Assembly (NCBI GenBank): GCA_001821765.1
Contig: MHOA01000007.1
Coordinates: 9,565 to 73,564, forward strand
Direction: 5' to 3'
DNA length: 64,000 nt
Source of the DNA: Candidatus Ryanbacteria bacterium RIFCSPLOWO2_12_FULL_44_26
GTDB lineage: Bacteria; Patescibacteriota; Minisyncoccia; Ryanbacterales; HO2-45-13
In this document: piece after piece, positions 20,258 to 31,011 of the stretch
How positions within the stretch are numbered: the first letter of the stretch is position 1
Layout of the letters: the number at the start of each line of letters is the position of its first letter
Program-made: the position numbers and the translations under genes
The notes under the pieces: model-generated
What the model saw: only the letters and a program-made list of their open reading frames with translations
Told to the model about the DNA's origin: nothing
Database searches by the model: none

Positions 20258-23200
20258 CGCGCCTCTTTTACAGTAAATAGTTCTCCGCGAGTTCTACCGA
20301 AGTTTTCAGGAAAGTACATTTCACTTGCGACGGCAGGCAGATGGTGAAATGTTCCAGGAACAAGGGCACGTACAAAATATTCATATTCGTATACACCGGG
20401 AGCAAGGCGTTCTTTGAAGAGAAAGGCGCGATCATCATGTAACTCATCTGCATCCGGGTAGAGAGGAGATACGATTTTTACTTGCCTGCCATAAAAATCG
20501 TCTTCGAGTTCACCTTCAACGGCTGGAGAAACGGCAGGCCCGTCCAGTCTAAAGAATCGACGAAATGACGACCAAATATTTGCAAGACCGGGATTACTCA
20601 ACATACCGACCCCGCCCTCATAATAATCGTCGTTATAGTAATTATCATAGTAGTAATCATTTCCAGGAAATTCACTTTGTAGAGATTGATCTTCTGTGGC
20701 GAGACTCAAATTCACAATCTCCATACCAGCAGGAATGTAATCTTCAATCGACACAAAGTTTCTCTGATGCGGGGTAGCGATCACAAGACGAACCCTAAGC
20801 ATATCTCCCTGAGTAGCTTCGAGTATTGGGGTTTCTCTTTCCTCATCATCAACTCTATAGAACTCACGAGTTACGGAAAAGCCTTCATCACGAGGTGGAA
20901 TATTTTCCACGGGCAAGTAATATTTCAGCAGGATGTCGTAGTAGTAATTATTTGGCATCTCGTTTTTGTTTGTCTTTGTCAAAGTAAACGACCTCAATTT
21001 TCCAAGACCTAGGTCTTGGGTGGAAATAAACTTTGTGAACGTCTTAAAAATTGAATCTTTTTTGAAAGTAAAGGTTGCTTGTGGGTTTGTATCGAGAGAA
21101 AGATTAAGATCAAACTCTGACTCGGTTTCCTGTTTCCATAAGAGAAAATCGGTAAATGCATCGACAACGGCAATAGTATTATTCGTAGAACCCCATGCGC
21201 CATCTTTCGCCCTGCTTCGCAAGATCCACCGCAGTACTTTATCAATCACTGGATTATCACGCTCATCAACAGCTAATGCTTTTAGATACAGTGCGGTGTC
21301 TTTAACTGGAGTTTCATAAAATTGATAGAGTGTATTTGCTACATTCGGCCTTATCGATGCTCCTCGAGAATCAATAACAAGTTTATTCTCAAGCGCGGTG
21401 AAGACATTGTTCGCGAGATCCTGGGAAGCACTACCCGATAGAATGAGAGCTAAATATGTAAGACTTGTGTTTGAAGCTTTCTCGCTCACATACTGCTGAT
21501 TACGAGCAAGCGTTAAAGTCTTGTTTCGTATTTCCCCGTCATAGTTGTGGCCATAAATACGAGAAAGCGTGTAATCGCTCAAAATAACAAGATCGTTGTT
21601 ATCCCGAAGCTCATTTTTTTGACGAAGTTGCCCGCGAAGAAATGTTCCTGCACGATCGATCCGCGAAGCATCAATGTCGTAGCCGGCTTCTTTAAGATCT
21701 ACTAAGGCAGTTACGACATGAAGGGTTAGATAGTAATTAGAGGGCATGCCCTTGTAATATGAAAACCCTCCGTCTGATGATTGATTTTCATATAGCCGTG
21801 CAAGACCAATACGAACCACATCGTCAGGAGAATAGGTTTGCCCCTCAAATGTTACATTATCAAGTGTGAATGCATCACCAATGTTTTTTAGAGAGAGCCC
21901 ACGCCTGAGAATACCAAGAGCGCTTAACTTGCTTGCGATCTGCTCACTACAACCGTATGGGTATTCAACCAGGTAATTAAGAGCATCGGAAAGGAATACA
22001 GCAAGTGTAGCGCTAGTTTTTACTTCAAGACCACCACGATCAGGAATAACATTCGGGGGTAGATATATATACTCTCGTGTTGTTGCAACGTCCGTATATG
22101 CTGCGGTTGCAACTGATTCATACGTATTGTTTCGTGTGATGCTTATCGAATTCTCGACGGTATCCTCGTAGTCACTGTTCTTGGCAGAAACGATGAATGT
22201 ATGCGATCCATCCTGTACTGCTTGTGGTGCTTCAACTGGGAAATACACGGTCATAGAGTCATGTGCATTCAATGTTATTGAGAGTTCCTTCTTCCCAGTC
22301 AGAATAAGGCCGCCACCTTCAAGAGAGACGTCGAGTTTCTGGCGATTCTCTGTTTCATTAAATACTTGGGCACCAATGAAGAACGCGTCACCCGGGACAA
22401 TAAAGCGGGGTCTTAGTGGCACTACTGTCACTTCCTTCTGCGCCTTAAATTCCCGATACCCAACACCGACTTTGGAATCTTTTGTGATACCAACAGATTC
22501 GATTTGCCACGTTGTTAAGTTATCCGGCAAGATGAATGAAACTCTTGCTCGACCGCTTGTATCAGTGCGAACTATGCCCTCCCAATATGCGGTGTCTTTG
22601 AATACACCTCGTTTTTTCTTTGCCGGATCCTCACCGCCGCCGCTACCACCTTTCGTGCCAGTGGGTATATCAACTTCGTGTAATATATTTTTAATATTTG
22701 AAGCGGTACTCACCGTGAGCGGAGTTCCTCGATAGAAAAAGAGTACTGGGTTCTTCTTTGGATTTCCCTTGAGCGCGAGTACACTCATATCAACAACTGC
22801 AAGAGAAACCTCCGTCTCTAACGATCTGCCAAATTTATCCTTTGTTTCAACGTTGAGCTCAACCGTTTCCCCAGGAAGATAACTATTTTTATTGGACTGA
22901 ACGTTTATATCAATTTCTCGTTCTTTTGTGTTTACTTGATATTGAATCTGATTATGTTTGATCTCTGGTTCTGGAGATAAGAGAAGAACGGAACCGAATA
23001 CATTCGGAATATGCTCATCTTTCACCTGAAATACATACTCTGTTAAATTGTTGACTATAGAAATAATCTCATAGTGAAATACCTTGCCGCGCTCAAGGGT
23101 TACAAGAGCTTTTGCACGCTCATATGGAGACTTGATAATTATTTTTACTTGATCGCCAACATTAACCTCCGCCTTATTTGTTGCAAGTTCGAGCGTTTCG

Positions 23201-26200
23201 TTATTGGTTGGTCGTATGCTTACACTTCCTCTTCCCGAGACATAAAGATCGTATGTTGCAACAACGCGGTTACCACGATCATCATTCCCTGCTACAAAAA
23301 CCTCATATTCTCCTGGCGTTTCAAGAGAAAACTCATAAGAAGCGTCCCCATTTCCGTTCGTCCTGAGAGTTGTCTTTTTGACGGTCTCTTTTTTCTGTTC
23401 GGTTCTATAGTAATAGTTGCCATCTACTTCCCGACGCTTAAACGACTCCCAAGTAACTTTCTTAATCTCAAGCTCGAGCCCGCCAACTGATATTGGCGCA
23501 CCCTTCACATCGACAGTTTTTATACGTGCCGTTGTGCTTTCGTTTTGACCGAGAAAACTTCGATCAAGATTAATGCCTGTGTAGTGCCCCCCGCGGTGAA
23601 CAATGAATGATTTTTGAGTCGAAATAGATTGGCCATTCCTATTCCTTACCGTTACGTTGAGTGTGAATATCTTGCTTCTTACACTTTCCTCTTCTTTAAA
23701 TAACTTTTCAAAATCAAGCTTCTGTTCAAGCGACGCACTCCCGTCAGTTCCAAGAGGAACACTGCCTCGTAAGATGTATGTATCACCATAATAGCCATCA
23801 AACCCGTAGTACCAGGGATTCCCGAACCTAAAGTATTGATCACGGTAACGGTCAAAAAAGAAGTCCTGACTTGAAAGCGAGTATTCAACAGTCCCGCTCT
23901 CCACTGGAACGCCAAAGAAGTATTCAGCATTCACAGCGATATGAGCAGTATCGCCCGCAACATATTCTTCTTGATTGGTTTTTGCTTCAACATTAAACGC
24001 TGCGGGTACGTACTCTTCTACATCAAACGACACGTAACCACCGAGTGCCGAGATAGAGTACGTTCCAAGTGGGGCATTTGCGTCCAATGTGAAATTGGCA
24101 GTAAATGTTCCGTATTCACTTACATCTACAGACTGCTTGGAGACAGTTTCATACTTGCTATTTCGGATTTCTATTTCTGCTTTCTTGCCACGATATATCT
24201 CATACTCATCATCATATCCAAGACGAAAGATTCCTTTAATAAAGACCTGGTGGCCCGGGCGGTAAATAGGGCGGTCCGTATAGAGATACGTTCGTTCAGC
24301 AGCCTGAGCAGTTGATGCGTACTGTAGCTTATCGTAACTAGAGGCGACAATCGCGCTGTCACCACCCTTTCGAACGATGGCAGCCATAAGATTATCGAAC
24401 GTATTCGTAAGTGCAATACCATCGTTACCTGTAAAGTAAGAGCCGACGGCTTCCTGATTTTTGCGATAGAGAGTCACTTGTGCACCAGCGACTGGGGCAA
24501 GACTCCCAATTTCGGAAACCCAATAGAGATTTTGTGGGGTTTGTGATAATAAAACATTCGTTAACACATCTTTGCTCGCGGAAGCGCTACCAAAGTCTCG
24601 CCGCTCAATTTTTTTCTCTTGGACCGCAAGGTGTGTTATGGAAAGATATGATTTTTCATAAAGCGCCTGGTCAACCCTCTCCTCATACTTTCTCTCTTGT
24701 GCATTCCATATGCGGTGCACTCTCCTATAATCAGGGTGACTAAACGTTAAAACATAGTGCCCGAGCGAGTCTCCGATATAATTCTTGAGATTGACTTGGA
24801 AGTAACTACGTGACCAGTATTTCCTTGGTAAATTGATGCGATCTTGAATTGTGTTTATACAATTCAATGTACTTGGTGGCGACGTAATTTCTGGTCTGTC
24901 TTCGATATACGATAACATTACTTCTGGTGAGACTTCGCATATGTGTAAGTTGACGTATTCTAGGTTATCTGAAGCAAAGGTCAGTTTTGTACGTCCCGGA
25001 GAAGTAATGTTGTACATGCCTTGCATCTGATAGAAGGTACGATCAAACGAAGTCAATTTGCCACTCGTGAAGCTTACCTTTCTCGATATACTTTGACCAA
25101 AATCATCAAGAAGATTCAATGTGATTTCATAGGGAAACTCGGGCACAAGACCGTACAAGATTGTGTTTTCAAACTGCCCAACCTCACATGCAACCTCCGA
25201 GGTTTTCTCGCGTACCCTATATGGCCCGTACCAATTCCACAATCCGATAGTCACATTACTCTTAACGCGCTCGTAAAAAACTTCTTCATCAGGAACAGTG
25301 AGCGGGTTTGATGTGCAGACCTTTAATGCCTTCAAATCAGCGCCCTGAGCACCACTTTCGGGAGAAGTTTTGTATATAACAAGATCGGGGAACGTTTTAA
25401 CGGTTCTCGTTATTGTTTCTGCGTTGAGTTGTAACCCGGCTGTATTGTATATGCGCTTAAATTCTATAGATATTGATTGTCCGCGTTGCAATTTTGACTC
25501 GTCAAATTTGATAGAAACCCGCTTTCTATCTGGAACTTTTTCACAATTACTACCGTATGAGACTTCCTCGCCCGCATCTGGTTCGCGGCATTTCTCGCCA
25601 TATTCGATACTTGAAATGTGATCCGCCGAAATGAAACTCGCATCCTTATCTATATCTTCAAAAAATGAAACCCAAATCTTTCCTTGGGGATCAAAAAGAT
25701 CTGATTCAGCAAACTGTGTGCGAGGCGATTCAGCCGATACCGTGTCTATAATGTCTGTCGTTTGCATTGCTCCCGCACGTACCTGATTGAGGTCTATATC
25801 TCCTTCAAGTGGATATGCTTTCTTTAAAGTATACGTGTACCCAGTATTAAAATCCCAAAATTGTTTACGCCCATGCTGATCAGCTTCGTTGTAAATCTCA
25901 AGTATTGATTTATCGAGTTTGCGTATTCGCTTTCCAGATGCATCATCATGTACAAACCGAGATCCATAAGAAGCGATAAAATTAACCCGATCATTCCCAC
26001 GCTTTAGAGTAAGTTCGCCTTTCGTTCGCTCGATATTGATCGGTTGATTAAAAACAATGCGAATTGGTTCGTTATATAATGTTTTCGAACTATTATGATT
26101 TTGTGGGATCTCACCTTCATAACGGAGTGGCCATGTAATAAATGCATACTCTTTTTCGTTTACCGAAAGACCATCCGTTGAAACAAAGCCAGACTTCACA

Positions 26201-26895
26201 CGGACCGTGTAGTGAGACGAACGCTGCAGGCGACTCTCTGGAATAAACTGTAGATCACGTGTCGTAATCCATTTGAATTTACCAGGAGTTGTTGGATGTA
26301 TCTCGACAGGAATATTTTCTTCAGACAAAACATCAAGCGCGGTAAGGGGAACCATTGGCCTATTAAATATAATTGTTATTTCGGAGTATTCCGACGCTTC
26401 CGACCCTCCTGCAGGAAAAATGGATATTACCTTCGGATCTTCATCCGCAAGAAAGTCCTTTTCGAGGCGTATTTCGTTCGTTGCCAGAATAACTGTATAG
26501 TATTTTCCAAGTTCAAGTTTCTCTTTCGGTTGATACACCAGCTCGTCATCCTTATTGCCAGCCCTCCAATCACCAGCAACAGCGGGCTCGAACGTCACTT
26601 TAGTGCTTGCTTCGGCGACGTTGAATTTGATGCCTTCGGGTAACCGCACCACAATAGCAGCGCTTTGTGAGATTTTATCCGGAACAAGCGTATAAATTTC
26701 TTCGTACCCGCCCTGTAGATTGCCTCCGTATTTTTGGAATATAAAAAAACCGCCGATGACGATTACCGCAAACACACCTAAAACCACTTCCCATTTTTTG
26801 AGGTGAAAATGATGTGGTTCTGGTGTTTGCACTTGGGCGGGAATGTTGGGTTGAGGTGGATTTACTGGCAAGCTAAGTCCTGTCGACTCATCCAT
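20254..26895 (-). CDS. alpha-2-macroglobulin family protein (bacterial A2M-like, 2213 aa, membrane-anchored)
   Basis: N-terminal TM anchor; YPYGCSEQ thioester-type CxEQ motif in the expected C-terminal third; very long MG-domain-like beta-rich body; size typical of bacterial A2M (YfhM-like) homologues. Confidence 0.6.
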   Translation of the reverse strand: MDESTGLSLPVNPPQPNIPAQVQTPEPHHFHLKKWEVVLGVFAVIVIGGFFIFQKYGGNLQGGYEEIYTLVPDKISQSAAIVVRLPEGIKFNVAEASTKVTFEPAVAGDWRAGNKDDELVYQPKEKLELGKYYTVILATNEIRLEKDFLADEDPKVISIFPAGGSEASEYSEITIIFNRPMVPLTALDVLSEENIPVEIHPTTPGKFKWITTRDLQFIPESRLQRSSHYTVRVKSGFVSTDGLSVNEKEYAFITWPLRYEGEIPQNHNSSKTLYNEPIRIVFNQPINIERTKGELTLKRGNDRVNFIASYGSRFVHDDASGKRIRKLDKSILEIYNEADQHGRKQFWDFNTGYTYTLKKAYPLEGDIDLNQVRAGAMQTTDIIDTVSAESPRTQFAESDLFDPQGKIWVSFFEDIDKDASFISADHISSIEYGEKCREPDAGEEVSYGSNCEKVPDRKRVSIKFDESKLQRGQSISIEFKRIYNTAGLQLNAETITRTVKTFPDLVIYKTSPESGAQGADLKALKVCTSNPLTVPDEEVFYERVKSNVTIGLWNWYGPYRVREKTSEVACEVGQFENTILYGLVPEFPYEITLNLLDDFGQSISRKVSFTSGKLTSFDRTFYQMQGMYNITSPGRTKLTFASDNLEYVNLHICEVSPEVMLSYIEDRPEITSPPSTLNCINTIQDRINLPRKYWSRSYFQVNLKNYIGDSLGHYVLTFSHPDYRRVHRIWNAQERKYEERVDQALYEKSYLSITHLAVQEKKIERRDFGSASASKDVLTNVLLSQTPQNLYWVSEIGSLAPVAGAQVTLYRKNQEAVGSYFTGNDGIALTNTFDNLMAAIVRKGGDSAIVASSYDKLQYASTAQAAERTYLYTDRPIYRPGHQVFIKGIFRLGYDDEYEIYRGKKAEIEIRNSKYETVSKQSVDVSEYGTFTANFTLDANAPLGTYSISALGGYVSFDVEEYVPAAFNVEAKTNQEEYVAGDTAHIAVNAEYFFGVPVESGTVEYSLSSQDFFFDRYRDQYFRFGNPWYYGFDGYYGDTYILRGSVPLGTDGSASLEQKLDFEKLFKEEESVRSKIFTLNVTVRNRNGQSISTQKSFIVHRGGHYTGINLDRSFLGQNESTTARIKTVDVKGAPISVGGLELEIKKVTWESFKRREVDGNYYYRTEQKKETVKKTTLRTNGNGDASYEFSLETPGEYEVFVAGNDDRGNRVVATYDLYVSGRGSVSIRPTNNETLELATNKAEVNVGDQVKIIIKSPYERAKALVTLERGKVFHYEIISIVNNLTEYVFQVKDEHIPNVFGSVLLLSPEPEIKHNQIQYQVNTKEREIDINVQSNKNSYLPGETVELNVETKDKFGRSLETEVSLAVVDMSVLALKGNPKKNPVLFFYRGTPLTVSTASNIKNILHEVDIPTGTKGGSGGGEDPAKKKRGVFKDTAYWEGIVRTDTSGRARVSFILPDNLTTWQIESVGITKDSKVGVGYREFKAQKEVTVVPLRPRFIVPGDAFFIGAQVFNETENRQKLDVSLEGGGLILTGKKELSITLNAHDSMTVYFPVEAPQAVQDGSHTFIVSAKNSDYEDTVENSISITRNNTYESVATAAYTDVATTREYIYLPPNVIPDRGGLEVKTSATLAVFLSDALNYLVEYPYGCSEQIASKLSALGILRRGLSLKNIGDAFTLDNVTFEGQTYSPDDVVRIGLARLYENQSSDGGFSYYKGMPSNYYLTLHVVTALVDLKEAGYDIDASRIDRAGTFLRGQLRQKNELRDNNDLVILSDYTLSRIYGHNYDGEIRNKTLTLARNQQYVSEKASNTSLTYLALILSGSASQDLANNVFTALENKLVIDSRGASIRPNVANTLYQFYETPVKDTALYLKALAVDERDNPVIDKVLRWILRSRAKDGAWGSTNNTIAVVDAFTDFLLWKQETESEFDLNLSLDTNPQATFTFKKDSIFKTFTKFISTQDLGLGKLRSFTLTKTNKNEMPNNYYYDILLKYYLPVENIPPRDEGFSVTREFYRVDDEERETPILEATQGDMLRVRLVIATPHQRNFVSIEDYIPAGMEIVNLSLATEDQSLQSEFPGNDYYYDNYYNDDYYEGGVGMLSNPGLANIWSSFRRFFRLDGPAVSPAVEGELEDDFYGRQVKIVSPLYPDADELHDDRAFLFKERLAPGVYEYEYFVRALVPGTFHHLPAVASEMYFPENFGRTRGELFTVKEAR

Positions 26896-27157
26896 GTAAT
26901 TTATTATCCTTCAAAATCAAAAACTATTCTAGGAACTGAGCGAACATTGTCTTCACTCCTCAAGAGGGTTCACGGAATGGCGAATCTTAATTCAATAACC
27001 TACCCAAATTGTCTATCCTACAAATCCTTATTTTCCCTTTGGATACGGCTCGCAGCCGGTATGTGATGACGGAAGAGTATCGTGTAGTTCCTCGATGCTC
27101 CTCGAGCGGGAGAACCTATCACGAGTTGGTCTTTCGGCTGTGCTCATAGCCAAAGTC

Positions 27158-27424
27158 CTAGCTCAAGTTATTGATTAAGTTTAATTTCTTTTCTCTACGC
27201 CAACCTTTGAATTCCCTTTCTCGTCTTCGGGCCTCAACTAAAGTTTTAAAATTTTCTGAGTACACAAGTATAACTGGTCGCCTAATTTTTGTGTATTGTG
27301 CGCCGCGTTTTGATTCGTTGTGCTGTTTGATTCGTTTTTCCAGATTATTAGTACACCCAACGTAAAGCGACCTGTCGGCACATTCTAAAATGTAGACGAA
27401 ATAATTCATACTATTTTTTGGCAC
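27158..27424 (-). CDS. GIY-YIG nuclease superfamily protein
   Basis: YFVYILECADRSLYVGCTNNLEKRIKQHN...RRPVILVYSE...EARRREREFKGW matches the ~90-aa standalone GIY-YIG (UPF0213-like) family nearly position by position. Confidence 0.8.
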   Translation of the reverse strand: MPKNSMNYFVYILECADRSLYVGCTNNLEKRIKQHNESKRGAQYTKIRRPVILVYSENFKTLVEARRREREFKGWRREKKLNLINNLS

Positions 27425-27611
27425 CTCGTTTCACCCCTCGGTCTGAGAAACCTCGGGATCGAAGACTCAGTGTCTTCGTCGCTTTTATTATTAAAAAGGC
27501 AGAAGGCTCTGATGAGCGGAATAATGCATCCCTCACATTCGTTCGGGAACTTCTCCTCGCTTTTGATTTAGAAGGTCGAAGACACTGAGACGAGTGTAGC
27601 GAGTCGAAGTG

Positions 27612-27682
27612 CTGCCGGGCTAGGATTCGAACCTAGGTGACGACGTCCAGAGCGTCGCATCCTACCGCTAGATGACCCGGCA
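27612..27682 (-). tRNA. tRNA-Gln (anticodon CTG)
   Basis: Reverse complement: acceptor TGCCGGG/CCCGGCA (U1:A72 as in bacterial tRNA-Gln), anticodon stem GCGAC/GTCGT with loop CUCUGGA, T-arm CTAGG-TTCGAAT-CCTAG; CCA not encoded. Confidence 0.7.
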
Positions 27683-28105
27683 ATGACACACTACACATTA
27701 ACAAATATTTTAATGAATAGAAATACTTGGTTTAATAATCAAAAATCCATTGGTAACATTCATTAAAAAAGAAAAAGAGCTCAGGTAAAGCATTGCCCTA
27801 AGCCATCTTATCTTCTTTGAGGCGGAGGACGTCTTTTAGCAGATGTATAAAGATTTATCTGTCAGACTGTAAGCGCGGCTACACCTTACCGCCCACCCCA
27901 TAGCGCATCTAGCGGGGATTACGCATCCGGCATTAACATTTACTTATCACATGTACTGCCGCTTTTCTTCCAGTGGTTCCTGTTTCTGGATTTTTTGGTT
28001 TATAGAGAGGAAATAGCTTAACAAATTTATTGAGTCTGTTACACTAAATGACAGCGTAGGCGCGCTTCTTATTTGTAATTTGTAATAAAGTGGCATAAGA
28101 ACATT

Positions 28106-29467
28106 ATGTATCAACAAGTAAGATCTGCGCTGGTTGTGATAATTTTGGCAACGGTAGGCATATTGGCTCTTGGTGGTATTTATTTTTATCAAAACAAGGC
28201 CGAACAGGTAAAGACACGGCGAATAGAGACGCTTCGGGAAACGCTTGAACGGGAAGCGAAAACAGGAGTGGACGGGCAAATATTACCTGACGATTTTCCT
28301 ACACCCGCCCCTGATCATCGTGAAGCTGGCAAAAACGAGAACAGCGGGAAGGAAATTGTCATCCCCCCTGTAAGTGAACCACTCAACCATTTAAAAATAA
28401 GGGAGATCATCGCGAAAAGTGTCCAGTGGTTTAAGGAAGCCCAGGAACAAAGCGGCCATTTTCGCTATGAATACGCGCCATTTATGAATATATATGGAAG
28501 CGATGATAATATTGTTCGGCAAAGCGGAGCGCTTTACATACTTGGGGAGGTTTTCATAAGAGATCATAACAACAGATACACTCTTAAAGATACTTTAGAA
28601 AATGCTATATCGTATTTTACAGAAAGAACAGCGGAAGGTGAGTTAGATGGAACAACGTTTCTGTGTATTACAGATGGCGGCAATAACAGATGTACGCTCG
28701 GCACTTCAGGTTTGGCGCTCGTTGGAATTCTGGATTTGATTAAGAAACATCCTGAACTGGAAAGTCAGTACCGGCCGTTGATTGGTGGATATGCGAGTTA
28801 TATACTCGCCATGAAAAAGCCCAACGAAGGGTTTCGCGGGTATTATTATTTTGCAGGAGATCAAACGGCGAGCGAGTCGCCTTTTTCCAACGGAGAGGCG
28901 TTTTTAGCGCTGGTGAGATATTACGAAAATTATCCCTCTGACGAAGTCAAAACTGTCATTGATGATGCTTTTGATTACTTTAACACACAATACCGCCAGC
29001 AATGGGACGGCAACTTTTACCTTTGGGGGATGATGGCCATAAAGGATTTATATCGTGAAAATCTTAAACAGCAATATGTTGATTTCGTAAAAGAGTATAC
29101 GGACTGGCGGATTAGCGGACATAAGTCCAAACGACTTTCTGACCACAACAGGTGTGCTTACATTGAGGGGGTTATAAGCGCCTATTCTGTTTTAGAACCG
29201 GTTATCAATGATGATGAAAAACAGTATTACATTGAAGAAATAAATTTCTGGCTTTCTCAAAGCAGTAACTTGCAAGTGAAGGAACATGATACGCTTGACA
29301 TACACGCCGGCGGGGAGCGTACTGTCCTTAAGATAAAAAATCCCGAAAGGGCTGTTGGCGGATTTTTAACGGGATTGGGAAACCCCCTGCAAAGGATTGA
29401 TTTTACCCAGCACTGTTTAAGCTCCTATTTGCAGAAGCTGGTTGATATAGATAAAGAAGCCCTGTAG
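28106..29467 (+). CDS. hypothetical membrane-anchored extracytoplasmic protein
   Basis: N-terminal TM, then a 400-aa aromatic-rich domain with no confidently recognised motif. Confidence 0.4.
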   Translation: MYQQVRSALVVIILATVGILALGGIYFYQNKAEQVKTRRIETLRETLEREAKTGVDGQILPDDFPTPAPDHREAGKNENSGKEIVIPPVSEPLNHLKIREIIAKSVQWFKEAQEQSGHFRYEYAPFMNIYGSDDNIVRQSGALYILGEVFIRDHNNRYTLKDTLENAISYFTERTAEGELDGTTFLCITDGGNNRCTLGTSGLALVGILDLIKKHPELESQYRPLIGGYASYILAMKKPNEGFRGYYYFAGDQTASESPFSNGEAFLALVRYYENYPSDEVKTVIDDAFDYFNTQYRQQWDGNFYLWGMMAIKDLYRENLKQQYVDFVKEYTDWRISGHKSKRLSDHNRCAYIEGVISAYSVLEPVINDDEKQYYIEEINFWLSQSSNLQVKEHDTLDIHAGGERTVLKIKNPERAVGGFLTGLGNPLQRIDFTQHCLSSYLQKLVDIDKEAL

Positions 29468-29523
29468 ATTTCTCGCCGCAAGAGTTTTAAAAGCCGCGTT
29501 TTTATGTATGATATACATATAAA

Positions 29524-30282
29524 ATGCAGCAAAATTACTTTGAACTAACCAAAGCAATCGCGTTGAGTGATTTTAAGCTTCGATATCACGGATCAGTTCT
29601 TGGTATTTTCTGGTCGTTTTTAAAGCCTCTTTTAACGTTCGGTGTCTTGTATCTTGTTTTCTCGGTGTTTATACGTTTTGACATAGAAAATTATGCTCTG
29701 TATCTGCTTCTCGGAATCATACTTTGGAATTTTTTTGCTGAAGCGACCATCCTTTCTCTCAACAGCCTTGCCGGCAAAGCGCCCGTTATTAAAAAGATCG
29801 CATTCCCAAGGAGCATCATTATTGTTTCCTCAACGCTGACGGCTCTTTTAAGTTTCTTTTTTAATATTGTTGTTTTTGGAATCTTTTTTCTTTTCTCGGA
29901 TTTATCTTTATCTATTTCAGCGCTTTTATTTGTTATATTTACTGTTTGCCTTTATTTTGTTGCGCTTGGGACGAGTTTTTTTATTTCGGCTTTAAACGCA
30001 AAGTTTAAGGATGTTCGCCATATCTGGGAAGTGCTTTTACAGCTCGGATTTTGGCTCACTCCTATTATTTATACGGTGAGCATGATTCCCGAGAAACTGC
30101 ATTGGTTTGTGTATCTAAATCCCATGACTCGGGTGATCCAGTATTCACGTGAGGCAATTTTGCAGCAGAAGGTTTCTAATCTAGATGGAGTGTTTGCACT
30201 TTTTTTAATGACCCTCATTATTTTTTTTATTGGCTACTATGTTTATAAAAAACGGTCGCCCTATTTTGCCGAAGAACTCTAA
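29524..30282 (+). CDS. wzm: ABC-2 type polysaccharide export permease (Wzm/TagG-like)
   Basis: N-terminal LSDFKLRYHGSVLGIFWSFLKPLL signature of the ABC-2/Wzm family; 6 TM helices; 252 aa. Confidence 0.75.
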   Translation: MQQNYFELTKAIALSDFKLRYHGSVLGIFWSFLKPLLTFGVLYLVFSVFIRFDIENYALYLLLGIILWNFFAEATILSLNSLAGKAPVIKKIAFPRSIIIVSSTLTALLSFFFNIVVFGIFFLFSDLSLSISALLFVIFTVCLYFVALGTSFFISALNAKFKDVRHIWEVLLQLGFWLTPIIYTVSMIPEKLHWFVYLNPMTRVIQYSREAILQQKVSNLDGVFALFLMTLIIFFIGYYVYKKRSPYFAEEL

Positions 30283-30292
30283 TTAAATAACT

Positions 30293-30309
30293 AGACACCA
30301 GGTGTTTAA
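30293..30309. repeat. palindromic repeat copy 1 (ACACC-A-GGTGTTTAA), 21 nt upstream of RAYT start
   Basis: Self-complementary CACC-A-GGTG core shared with the copies at 30500-30522 and 30997-31011. Confidence 0.6.
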
Positions 30310-30499
30310 TAAATTAAAATAATAGCGGTATGCGCAAAATACAATTTGTTCCGGGTGAGTATTATCATGTGTATAGTAGGGGAAACGATAAATGTACTAT
30401 TTTTCGTTCTCACTACGACTACGCACGGTTTTTATTTCTCATTCTTTACTTTCAGTCGCCGTTTTCGGTATATAACGTCGGCAATGCTGCTGCTTATTT

Positions 30500-30522
30500 T
30501 ATTAAACACCAGGTGTTTAATA
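30500..30522. repeat. palindromic repeat copy 2 (perfect 11-1-11 palindrome TATTAAACACC-A-GGTGTTTAATA) inside the RAYT CDS
   Basis: Encodes FIKHQVFNI within the transposase reading frame. Confidence 0.6.
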
Positions 30523-30996
30523 TACGTGGTTCGAGAAAGGAGCAACTTTTCAAAAATCGTCTTGTGTCGTTGGTTAACTTCACTCAAATGCCAAATCACT
30601 TTCATTTGACTTTACTCGAGCGAGTGAAAAATGGAATTTCCTCTTATATGCAGCGTGTTTTAAATGCGTATGCGAAATATTTTAATACCCGCTATGAAAG
30701 ATCTGGGCATCTTTTTGAAGCGCCATTTCAAGCCGTGCATATAGAAGACAACGAACAACTTCTTTATCTCTCGGCATATGTTCATCGGAATCAACGCGAG
30801 ATTAAGAAGTGGAAGAATAGAGAACACCTTTATCCATGGTCGAGCTATCAAGACTATATTAGAGAGAATCGTTGGGGCGAACTCATTGAGCCGGGAATTG
30901 TATTAAAGCAATTTTCGAGTAAAAGTGAGTATAAAGATTTTGTTGAGACAAGTGGTGCAAAGGACAAATTACCTGATGATGTTTTTATCGACTATC

Positions 30997-31011
30997 AAAC
31001 ACCAGGTGTTT
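30997..31011. repeat. palindromic repeat copy 3 (AAACACC-A-GGTGTTT) forming the last codons and stop of the RAYT CDS
   Basis: CAA ACA CCA GGT GTT TAA = QTPGV-stop. Confidence 0.6.

Noticed and set aside
27509-27515. CUGAUGA box suggestive of a hammerhead ribozyme in the GIY-YIG / tRNA-Gln spacer
   Set aside because: No flanking stem II closing with GAAA and no stem I/III pairing could be built, so this is a chance heptamer.
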